A stretch of 64,000 nt of DNA from Ostreococcus lucimarinus. Taxonomy: Eukaryota. The first letter of the stretch is position 1; every line of letters begins with the position of its first letter. Shown piece after piece: positions 56,064 to 64,000 of the stretch. Under the pieces are notes generated by a model. It saw nothing but the letters and a program-made list of their open reading frames with translations. It made no database searches and had not been told where the DNA came from. The stretch lies in NCBI GenBank assembly GCA_000092065.1, contig CP000601.1; one strand, given 5' to 3'. The translations under genes and the position numbers were made by a program.

Positions 56064-57457
56064 TATGTTGCATCGGCGCGGGATACGTGGGCGGGCCGAC
56101 GATGGCGATGATCGCGAAGAAGTGCCCGCAGATCTCGGTCACGGTGGTGGACATCTCGCAGCCGAGGATCGACGCGTGGAACTCGAGCGAGCTGCCGATT
56201 TATGAGCCCGGGTTGGATGAGATCGTGTTCGAGTGCAGAGGGAAGAACTTGTTCTTTTCGACGGATGTCGAAGGGGCTATTCGAGACTGCGAGATGATTT
56301 TCGTCTCCGTGAACACGCCGACGAAGAAGACTGGTTTAGGAAAAGGTAAGGCGGCGGATTTGACGTACTGGGAGTTGGCGGCGCGCACCATCGCGGCGTG
56401 CTCCGAGAGTGATAAGATCATCGTTGAGAAGTCTACGGTGCCCGTGCGAACGGCGGAGGCCATTGAAAAGGTGCTCCAGCGCAACTGCCCGCACGACGGC
56501 GTGCGATTCGACATCTTGTCCAACCCAGAATTCTTGGCCGAAGGTACGGCCATTGTAGACTTGGATGCGCCCGATCGCGTGTTGATCGGGGGTAAGATTG
56601 AAAACGCCAAAGGTCAAGCGGCGGTGGACGCGCTCGTAGGCGTGTACTCCAACTGGGTACCGAAAGAGAACATTCTGACCGCTAACTTGTGGTCTGCCGA
56701 GCTCTCAAAGCTCGCTGCGAACGCATTCTTGGCGCAGCGCATTTCTTCCATCAACGCCATGAGCGCGCTTTGTGAAGCGACCGGCGCGGATGTCCAGCAA
56801 GTTTCGCACGCCATCGGCACCGACACGCGTATCGGCTCCAAATTTTTGAACGCCTCGGTCGGTTTCGGTGGCTCGTGCTTCCAAAAGGATATCTTAAACT
56901 TGGCATACATTTGTGAGTGCCACGGCTTGCCGGAAGTGGCGGAGTACTGGCACAGCGTTGTCGGCATGAACGACTACCAAAAGAGCCGCTTCGTCAAGCG
57001 CATGATTTCCGCCATGTTCAACACGATCAGCGGCAAGAAGATTTCAATGCTCGGTTACGCTTTTAAGAAAGATACGGGTGATACTCGTGAGTCTCCGGCT
57101 ATCGACGTCGGTCACGGCCTCATCGAAGACGGTGCGAAGCTCAATATTTATGACCCGAAGGTTGCTGCGGCGCAAATCGCGTTGGACATGGGCGAGGAAG
57201 CGATGAAATCCATCACGTGCTGCAAGACTCACACTGAGTCTTTGACTGGTGCGCACGCCGTGTGCATTATGACGGAATGGGACGAGTTCAAGACGTACGA
57301 CTGGGAAGCGATCTATGGCGTCATGCAAAAGCCGGCCTTTGTGTTCGACGGCCGCCTCATCTTGGACCACCAGAAGTTGAAGGACATTGGTTTCATTGTG
57401 TATGCGCTTGGGAAGCCTTTAGATCCTTTCCTTTGCTCCGCCGAAGGCGCACCGTAA
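56064..57457 (+). CDS. UGD: UDP-glucose 6-dehydrogenase (UGDH), main exon
   Basis: (I)[21 protein letters not shown] Rossmann start has no in-frame ATG upstream (in-frame stop at 55805). FVSVNTP, catalytic [39 protein letters not shown]. 457 aa, typical for UGDH. Confidence 0.9.
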
Positions 57458-57542
57458 GTATGTACGTCGTGTGTCAGTAGTACGTCGCTAGTGATTGTAA
57501 CGTTTCTACCTAAAATCTCTAAGAATAACAAAGATTGCTGTC

Positions 57543-59159
57543 CTATTTGCGACCTATTCCGCTTATCTCAGCGTCGACCGCCGCTACGTAATCTTGGATT
57601 TGAAACTTTCTCTTGCAACCGGCGTAATTCATATACCGCACTTTACCGAACACCGCGCGCTCTTTCCATCCTTGATCGTGCACACCGGCAATGCTCCACA
57701 TACAACCAACGTAGCCGTTGGGATCGAGACCGTCTAACGCGTAAGCGTCGTTGAGTTGAATCGCCGTCTGCAGGGCCACCTCCGGCGACGGCGTCCACTC
57801 AAGAATCTTCTTCGCCCAGTACATTCTCATGAACCCATGCATTCGTCCGAGATGGTATAATTCTTTCTGAGCCGCGTTCCAAAGCTCGTCGTGCGTGTTG
57901 CCACGCTCGAGTGTTTTGTAATCGTACACGTACTCGCGAACGTCGCGGGCGTGCAAACTCAGTGAATCTTGCGCCCATTGACTCGCTCCTTGCAACGAGT
58001 CGTAATACGGATTGAAGAGACAATAGTTGTCTGATAATTCCCTTCGAACGATGAGCTCTTCCAAGTAGCTATCGATCGCCTCGTCGTCTACGATTCCCCG
58101 AAGTTGCGCAGCTTCCCACGCGGCGCGACGTGGCGACAGCTGGCCGTGATTCAAGTACGGCGAGAGGCGAGACACGGCGCGCGGCGACGTCGGCTTGTTT
58201 CGCTCCCCGTAGAGTGTCAATCGCTGTGGGAGGAAAGAGTCGACATTCGGATCGAGCAGCGCGGCTAAGGCGGCACGTTCACCCGGTTTGATCCAGTCAA
58301 CCTCTGGGACGTGCGCGCCCTTGACGCGCGCGGTGTCAATCAATGCGTCCCAATCCGTCTCACTTGGCGTCAACGCGTCCGGCGCGGCGATGAGATCATC
58401 TAACGCTTGCGGTGCGGTGAGAAAATCCCCGAGATTTCGATGAATCTTCGGCCGAATCGTTCTCGCCGCGTACTCTTGCTTATCGCTCGTCACCCACGCC
58501 GGCACGACGTTGTGCGCGTCCACTTCAATCACCGGAACCTCCACCACACGCGCCACCGCTTCCCTCGCCGCACGCCCCTCTCGCAACGGCGAAAAGTCAC
58601 ACACGACCGCACTCGCATTCAGCGTCTCGCACGTCTCCACGATTCCTCCCGCGACGTCGCTTCCCGTCGTCGTTCGCGTCGACACTCCTCGCGCTCGCAA
58701 ATCCTCATCCAATTCCTTCAACCCCTTCAGCGCGAACACCGCCCTGCGCGCGCCTCCGATGCCGCTCCCGCTCAAATCTGTCCCCACGTGCATCGCCACG
58801 ACGAGCGGGACGCGCCTTTCGTTCGCCAATTCCATCGCTCGTCCCAGCGCGTCGTTATTCGCGCACCGCCTGTCCCGGTCGCACCAGTACACCACCGGCC
58901 CCGCGCTCGCGCTCGCGCTCGCGCTCGCGCGCGCGCGCGCCGACGCATCCAACGCCGCCTTCGCCGCGTCGTTCATCCCTCGGCACCGTCGCGCGTCCAC
59001 GCCATCGCGCGCACCGCGCGTCGTCGTCGCCGTCGCTGTCGTCGTCGTCGCACCGCGCGCGCCCGTCGTCGCGCCCGCGCGCCGTCGCGCGAGCGCGCGC
59101 GCGAGTCGCGCGCGCGCGCCGTGCGCGCGCACGGCGTCTCGAATCGCGAGAGACGCCAT
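57543..59159 (-). CDS. PHR: class II CPD photolyase (deoxyribodipyrimidine photo-lyase)
   Basis: VYWCDRDRRCANNDAL, LSPYLNHGQLSPRR, RELSDNYCLFNPYYDS, HGFMRMYWAKKILEWT, KVRYMNYAGCKRKF are class II photolyase signatures. N-terminal presequence. Confidence 0.9.
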   Translation of the reverse strand: MASLAIRDAVRAHGARARLARALARRRAGATTGARGATTTTATATTTRGARDGVDARRCRGMNDAAKAALDASARARASASASASAGPVVYWCDRDRRCANNDALGRAMELANERRVPLVVAMHVGTDLSGSGIGGARRAVFALKGLKELDEDLRARGVSTRTTTGSDVAGGIVETCETLNASAVVCDFSPLREGRAAREAVARVVEVPVIEVDAHNVVPAWVTSDKQEYAARTIRPKIHRNLGDFLTAPQALDDLIAAPDALTPSETDWDALIDTARVKGAHVPEVDWIKPGERAALAALLDPNVDSFLPQRLTLYGERNKPTSPRAVSRLSPYLNHGQLSPRRAAWEAAQLRGIVDDEAIDSYLEELIVRRELSDNYCLFNPYYDSLQGASQWAQDSLSLHARDVREYVYDYKTLERGNTHDELWNAAQKELYHLGRMHGFMRMYWAKKILEWTPSPEVALQTAIQLNDAYALDGLDPNGYVGCMWSIAGVHDQGWKERAVFGKVRYMNYAGCKRKFQIQDYVAAVDAEISGIGRK

Positions 59160-59253
59160 CGCGCGTCGTCTCGCGCGCGGCGCCGTCGCGCTGTGACGAA
59201 AGGTCGCGGAGCAGCGAAGGCGTCACATCGACGCGTCGTTCGCGCGCCAACGA

Positions 59254-62200
59254 ATGGCGCCGCGCGATGGAAACCTGCGCGTGAGCGTGCCCGCGCACGT
59301 GCACGACGCGCGACCGCGAACGCGGCGGTACCGCGTCGCGAACGCGGTCGGATTGATTCATCTGCCGTTCTTCGTGCTCTACGCGATCTCGCTGAAAAAG
59401 TGCTACGAAACGTCTGGAAACCCGTACAGGGCGGCGCTGGCGCATCACATCGACGCTGGATACGATCCCGCGGTGTTCGATGCGGTCGGGGTGGAGAAGA
59501 CGCGGGTTGGCGAAGGGCGAGTGCGAGACGAGTGGACGAGCGGGGACGGCGGGGACGACGCGAGCGGGGCGTGGGACGCGGGGGAGCCGGAAGCGAGCGA
59601 GGACGACGCTGGGGCCACGGTGGATGAAGAGGTCAAGTATGAAGTACCGCCGACGCTGCCCGCGCGATGGTTGCCGGACTTTCCCACGGTTTTGGCGTTC
59701 GCGTCCATCGCGACGGCGCACGCGTTGTTGCTCTTCGCGCAACATTGGAGCGTTCGTATTCGGTGCTTCGTGCAGTACAAACCCATCAACCGCGTGACCG
59801 AGGGGTCTTACTTTATCATTACTCCGCACGCGCATCAAGGGAAACCGGAAATCGTGCCGGTGTCGCGCTTACGAGTGTTTGACGCGGATGGTAGTTTACG
59901 AACAATGCTTTGGTGCGTGTTTCAGCGCCAGCGGTACGAGTACGTGGAGATTGAGTGGGACGAAGCTCGCGGCAAAGGTCAAGGCGAACTTCGCGAAATC
60001 GAGACGCCAAAAGATTTACCGCTTTCGCATTACGTCAAGTCGAGAGGTCTTTCCGGAGAAGAGGTACACCACAGTCATGAACGATACGGCGACAACGCGC
60101 TCCAAGTCAACATTCCCACGTTTTGGAACTTGTACAAAGAGCAACTCACGGGTCCGGTGACTGTTTTCCAAATCTTTACCGTACTCCTTTGGCTCATGGA
60201 TGAGTACTGGAAGTACGCCCTGTTCAGCGCGTTGAGCTTGTTGATCTTTGAAGGCACTACGGCGTTTTCGCGGCAGAGAAACATCGCCACTTTGCGGGGT
60301 ATGGGTCAAAAAGCTGGGCGCATCCTTGTGCGACGTGGTGGTGTATGGGAAGATCACTCAACTGAAGAGCTGTACCCTGGCGATATCATTTCCATTAAGC
60401 GTAACGGAGGCGAAGAAGTCCCGGTTCCTTGCGACTGCGTGCTCCTTGCCGGATCAGCTGTCGTCAACGAAGCGAGCTTGACCGGCGAAAGTGTCCCGCA
60501 AATGAAAGAGCACATCAACCCGGAGGTGTCGAAGGATGAAAGACTTGATATGAATGGCTTGCACAAAGTACACATTCTCTACAGCGGCACGACGTTGATG
60601 CAACACACCTCAAAGACAGAAAGCGAATCGTCGGCGCTCCAAGTGACCACGCCGGATGGCGGATGCTTGTGCTACGTCCTTCAAACGGGTTTCGCGTCTA
60701 CGCAAGGTAAATTGATGCGTATGATGGAATTTAGCAGTGAGCAAGTCACTGGAGACACAAAGGAAACGCTCGTTTTACTCTTCATTCTCCTCATCTTTGC
60801 TTTAGCGGCGAGTTACAACGTTTACGTCAAAGGCATTGCAGATGGGAAACGGAGTCAGTATGAACTCATCCTGCGATGCATTATGATCGTCACAAGTGTT
60901 GTGCCTCCGGATCTTCCGATGCAAACAGCGATGGCGGTAAACACGGCTCTCATTGCTTTGGTGAAAGCTTCCGTTTACTGCACAGAGCCGTTCCGCGTTC
61001 CCGTCGCCGGTAAGGTGGACTGCTGCTTATTCGACAAGACTGGCACCATCACGAGCGACCGTCTCGTTGCCGAGGGAGTCCTAAGTGATTTGACCAAGGG
61101 CGCTCCGCTTAAACAACCCGTAGAAGCGGACAAGAACGTATCCATTGTCATCGGTGGTTGTCACGCACTGCTTGAAATCGACGGAAAAACGTTTGGCGAC
61201 CCTCTCGAAAAGGCTGCTCTTTTGGGAATCAAATGGAAGTACGATCCCGCCACTCACTTAGGAACGCCAAAACTTGATGATAAGATTACTCGATCGTGGA
61301 CTGGCGCTGAGAACACTTCTGTGAAGATTTTGGTGCGCAATCACTTTGCGTCAGCATTGCAGCGAATGAGCGTCATTGCAGACGTCTCGAGTAATTCAAC
61401 CGTTAGTCGATGGTCTTTGGTGAAGGGTTCTCCAGAGATGATCAAATCACTGTTGAAGAACGTTCCGCAAGGTTATGATGCCGCGTACCGCGGCTTGGCC
61501 GAGCAAGGTATGAGAGTGATTGCTCTGGCGCACAAGGAATTGAGCGCCGAAGAGAGCGCTCGAGTTGGCTCCCAGTCCACACCTTTGACTCGGGATGAAG
61601 CGGAATCAGATCTCGTGTTTGATGGATTTTTTGCGTTCGCTTGCAAGGTCCGCGCTGACTCTGCTGAGATCATTCACGCACTACAGGCGAGTTCTAATAA
61701 TGTGATGATGGCGACAGGCGACGCAACGCTCACGGCGTTACACGTCGGTAACGAAGTTGGGATCGCTCGAGGTGGTCTCGATGGAGCGTTGATATTAGCA
61801 CGTGACCAGTTGGATAAATTGGAGTGGCAGAGCGCTCGAGTTGATGAGCACATGAAGCCTATGAAAGTTTTCCCATACGAAGAAACATCCATTCGCGAAC
61901 TTGCGAAAGAGTACAGTTTGTGCGTCACCGGTAAAAGCCTGAACGTCGCTCTCACGGCTTCCGGTACACTTTGGGATAACCTGGATCAAATTAGCATTTA
62001 CGCTCGTATGTCTCCTGACGACAAGGAGAGAGTTCTAAAACGTTTGAAGACGCAAGGAAAACATACCCTGATGTGCGGCGATGGCGCAAACGATGTCGGC
62101 GCACTCAAGCAAGCGCACGTCGGCGTCGCCTTGTTGAGCGGATTTGGTAGTGCAAACACGAAGAAGCAGGAAGGTGCCGCTACAATTGCCACAAAGACGG

Positions 62201-63519
62201 AAACTTTCGCCGAAAAGATGGCCCGCGTCAAGGAGCAAGCCGAAAAGATAAAGGCGGACAAGGAAAAGGAAAAGCTCGCGCAGGCGGCAGACCGTGCAGA
62301 ATTACAAGTACTTCAAACTCAATGGTACGAAGAGGAGTTGAAGGTTCGCTTAGAAGCTGGAGAAAAGTGGGCTCAATTGAACGCCATGAAAGTGGCGACG
62401 CAACGACTAGTACAAGAGGCAAAGCGTAGACAAGCTGCCAGATCAAAGGTTGCTGGGACTGGGCAGTCGCTGCAGCAAGTGTTTGCAGAGTTGGAAGAGA
62501 CGGACGGGGAAGTGCCGAAAGTTAAGCTTGGTGACGCCTCCATGGCTGCACCTTTCACGAGCAGAGCCCCGAGCATTAAAGCCACGGCTGATATCATCCG
62601 TCAAGGTCGATGCACGCTCGTCTCTGCCATTCAAATGCAGCAAGTGTTGATGTTGAGTTGCCTGATTTCCGCGTACTCTCTATCCGTGTTGTACTTGGAC
62701 GGTGTTCGCAACAGCGAAAGTCAAATGATGGCGGCTGGAACCGCGCTCACGGTAGCCGGGCTTGCGTTTTCGTACGCAACACCGGTCCACACGTTGAGCG
62801 AGGTTCGTCCTCTCCGCTCGATTTTCCACCCGGCAAACTTTTTGTCCCTCTTTGGCCAACTCGTCATCCACCTCGCCGCCATGGTTTACGCTGTACATCT
62901 TGTTAAGTCCGTGACTGGGGAAGAGCTTGCTTTCCCTACTGCTGAAAAGGTGGCTGTGGTGAGTCAGGAGGTTAAAAAAGCAGCGAACGAAACGCAGCGA
63001 AGCTTCTGGGAACAGGGACCGCCTTTTGAACCGTGCTTGCTGAACACCGTCGTGTTCCTCGTTGACACCGTGCAGCGAGTATGTGTCATGCTCGTCAACT
63101 ACAAAGGACGTCCGTTCATGCTCGGTGCGATGGAGAACAAATCTCTCATGGGATCGATGGCGTCTATGGTCATCGGCGCCTTCGTGTGCGCGTTCGAAGT
63201 CATCCCATGGTTGAACAAGAAGCTCCAACTCGTATCGATGCCGGACGACGCTTTTAGATACAAGGTGCTCGGTATTCTCGCGGGATCCGTCATCGGTACC
63301 GTGGGTTGGGATCAACTCATGCTGTTCATTTTCGCTAGGGACATTTTGTTCGCGTCTTATCGCGACACCATCACCGCCATGCCGACGATGCAAGACGCGC
63401 TTCCTTTCATACGCCGAGCCATCATATGGTCCATCATCGCCATCTGGTACGTTTGGAGTGAAGGTAGCGTGTTCATCATGGTTGGCGCGATTCAGGCGTA
63501 TCGACGAGGATACATTTAG
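59254..63519 (+). CDS. ATP13A1: P5A-type cation-transporting ATPase (ATP13A1/Spf1-like, ER)
   Basis: 1421 aa. CLFDKTGTITSD (phosphorylation Asp), TGDATLTALHVG, MCGDGANDVGALKQAHVGVAL. P5A-typical PP(D/E)LP-like VPPDLP motif in M4 and a long N-terminal membrane arm. Confidence 0.9.
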   Translation: MAPRDGNLRVSVPAHVHDARPRTRRYRVANAVGLIHLPFFVLYAISLKKCYETSGNPYRAALAHHIDAGYDPAVFDAVGVEKTRVGEGRVRDEWTSGDGGDDASGAWDAGEPEASEDDAGATVDEEVKYEVPPTLPARWLPDFPTVLAFASIATAHALLLFAQHWSVRIRCFVQYKPINRVTEGSYFIITPHAHQGKPEIVPVSRLRVFDADGSLRTMLWCVFQRQRYEYVEIEWDEARGKGQGELREIETPKDLPLSHYVKSRGLSGEEVHHSHERYGDNALQVNIPTFWNLYKEQLTGPVTVFQIFTVLLWLMDEYWKYALFSALSLLIFEGTTAFSRQRNIATLRGMGQKAGRILVRRGGVWEDHSTEELYPGDIISIKRNGGEEVPVPCDCVLLAGSAVVNEASLTGESVPQMKEHINPEVSKDERLDMNGLHKVHILYSGTTLMQHTSKTESESSALQVTTPDGGCLCYVLQTGFASTQGKLMRMMEFSSEQVTGDTKETLVLLFILLIFALAASYNVYVKGIADGKRSQYELILRCIMIVTSVVPPDLPMQTAMAVNTALIALVKASVYCTEPFRVPVAGKVDCCLFDKTGTITSDRLVAEGVLSDLTKGAPLKQPVEADKNVSIVIGGCHALLEIDGKTFGDPLEKAALLGIKWKYDPATHLGTPKLDDKITRSWTGAENTSVKILVRNHFASALQRMSVIADVSSNSTVSRWSLVKGSPEMIKSLLKNVPQGYDAAYRGLAEQGMRVIALAHKELSAEESARVGSQSTPLTRDEAESDLVFDGFFAFACKVRADSAEIIHALQASSNNVMMATGDATLTALHVGNEVGIARGGLDGALILARDQLDKLEWQSARVDEHMKPMKVFPYEETSIRELAKEYSLCVTGKSLNVALTASGTLWDNLDQISIYARMSPDDKERVLKRLKTQGKHTLMCGDGANDVGALKQAHVGVALLSGFGSANTKKQEGAATIATKTETFAEKMARVKEQAEKIKADKEKEKLAQAADRAELQVLQTQWYEEELKVRLEAGEKWAQLNAMKVATQRLVQEAKRRQAARSKVAGTGQSLQQVFAELEETDGEVPKVKLGDASMAAPFTSRAPSIKATADIIRQGRCTLVSAIQMQQVLMLSCLISAYSLSVLYLDGVRNSESQMMAAGTALTVAGLAFSYATPVHTLSEVRPLRSIFHPANFLSLFGQLVIHLAAMVYAVHLVKSVTGEELAFPTAEKVAVVSQEVKKAANETQRSFWEQGPPFEPCLLNTVVFLVDTVQRVCVMLVNYKGRPFMLGAMENKSLMGSMASMVIGAFVCAFEVIPWLNKKLQLVSMPDDAFRYKVLGILAGSVIGTVGWDQLMLFIFARDILFASYRDTITAMPTMQDALPFIRRAIIWSIIAIWYVWSEGSVFIMVGAIQAYRRGYI

Positions 63520-63569
63520 ATATATGCTACGTTTAATATAACAACTTCCTTCCCGAGTCGCGTTGCGCG

Positions 63570-63992
63570 TTACGCCGCCGCCGTTTTTTTTCTTCGCTTT
63601 TTCGACGAACTCTTCCGCTTCTTCGTCGACTTCATCTCGCTCGAAAGTTTCTTCAACGGTTTCCTCCCCAGCGGCGCCCCACCGAGAAGAGTTCCCACGG
63701 ACACTCTCCCGCTCATCACCGCCGCGCCCAGGCAACAGACGCCGGCGAGGAACAGCTTTACCAGATTATTCGACAGCGCCCCTCCCCCTCGTCTCTGCGG
63801 CATGTTCCCTCCTCGTTTCCACGCCTCCGGCATCGGGCGATCGCCAAACGGTCGTTTCGTTCGCGTTTCGATGAGCTGTGCCGCGATCTCGGGTCGCATC
63901 ACGTCGACTTCGGCGTCGAGATAATCCAAATCATCAACCAAAATCGCGCGCATGGCGTTCGTGATCATGAACTGCACCTTGGCGGACGACAT
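63570..63992 (-). CDS. small basic-tailed protein with one hydrophobic segment; 5' end may lie beyond the window
   Basis: ORF starts at an ATG only 8 nt from the window end. Hydrophobic LVKLFLAGVCCLGAAVMSGRVSVGTLLGG; K/R/S-rich C-terminal tail. No family assigned. Confidence 0.3.
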   Translation of the reverse strand: MSSAKVQFMITNAMRAILVDDLDYLDAEVDVMRPEIAAQLIETRTKRPFGDRPMPEAWKRGGNMPQRRGGGALSNNLVKLFLAGVCCLGAAVMSGRVSVGTLLGGAPLGRKPLKKLSSEMKSTKKRKSSSKKRRKKTAAA

Positions 63993-64000
63993 CGCGCGCG

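Noticed and set aside
1-64000. Interpretation as a prokaryotic operon, defence island or giant-virus segment
   Set aside because: Gene content is eukaryotic housekeeping and signalling (DEAD-box helicase, primase small subunit, calpain, STE20 kinase, P5A ATPase, EFHC, RING-H2). Spliceosomal introns and N-terminal transit peptides are present. There are no Shine-Dalgarno-spaced co-directional operons.

Overview
GC-rich (~65%), very gene-dense nuclear DNA from a eukaryote, not a prokaryotic locus. There are about 40 protein genes in 64 kb, intergenic spacers are mostly under 300 bp, and genes alternate strands with convergent AT-richer 3' ends and tight head-to-head 5' ends. The gene set points to a flagellated green picoalga, Mamiellophyceae/Micromonas-like; this is inferred, no search was run. 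The pointers are a TOC1-like pseudo-response regulator (receiver + CCT), a triple-AP2 transcription factor, an EFHC/Rib72 DM10 flagellar protein, a class II CPD photolyase, a UDP-sugar pyrophosphorylase, a GT64 glycosyltransferase and a DUF3007-like plastid protein. Clear calls: adrenodoxin reductase, DDX27/Drs1-like DEAD-box helicase, DNA primase small subunit, UDP-sugar pyrophosphorylase, calpain, OSR1/STE20-like kinase, extended-synaptotagmin (SMP+C2) protein, RluA pseudouridine synthase, a second Ser/Thr kinase, a ribokinase::sugar-phosphate-isomerase TIM-barrel fusion, RNase P Rpp29, acyl-CoA dehydrogenase, NSUN2/Trm4, ENT nucleoside transporter, MaoC dehydratase, LMBR1-like protein, AIR synthetase (PurM), UDP-glucose 6-dehydrogenase, class II photolyase and a P5A ATPase. 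Most genes are intronless, but four short GT-AG introns are inferred directly from frame, motif and splice-site logic. They lie in the expansin-like gene, the OSR1-like kinase, the DUF3007-like gene, and UGDH (22-nt 5' micro-exon). Three of them share a GTGCG[CT] donor and (CGACG)n-rich interiors. A 25-bp element, CTGTTTACCCATACGTGTCGGAAAT, is tandemly duplicated at the UDP-sugar pyrophosphorylase start codon and recurs upstream of UDP-glucose dehydrogenase. This is a candidate shared cis-element for nucleotide-sugar genes. No rRNA, tRNA, CRISPR or obvious transposon was found. Many long antisense ORFs are artefacts of the GC bias.
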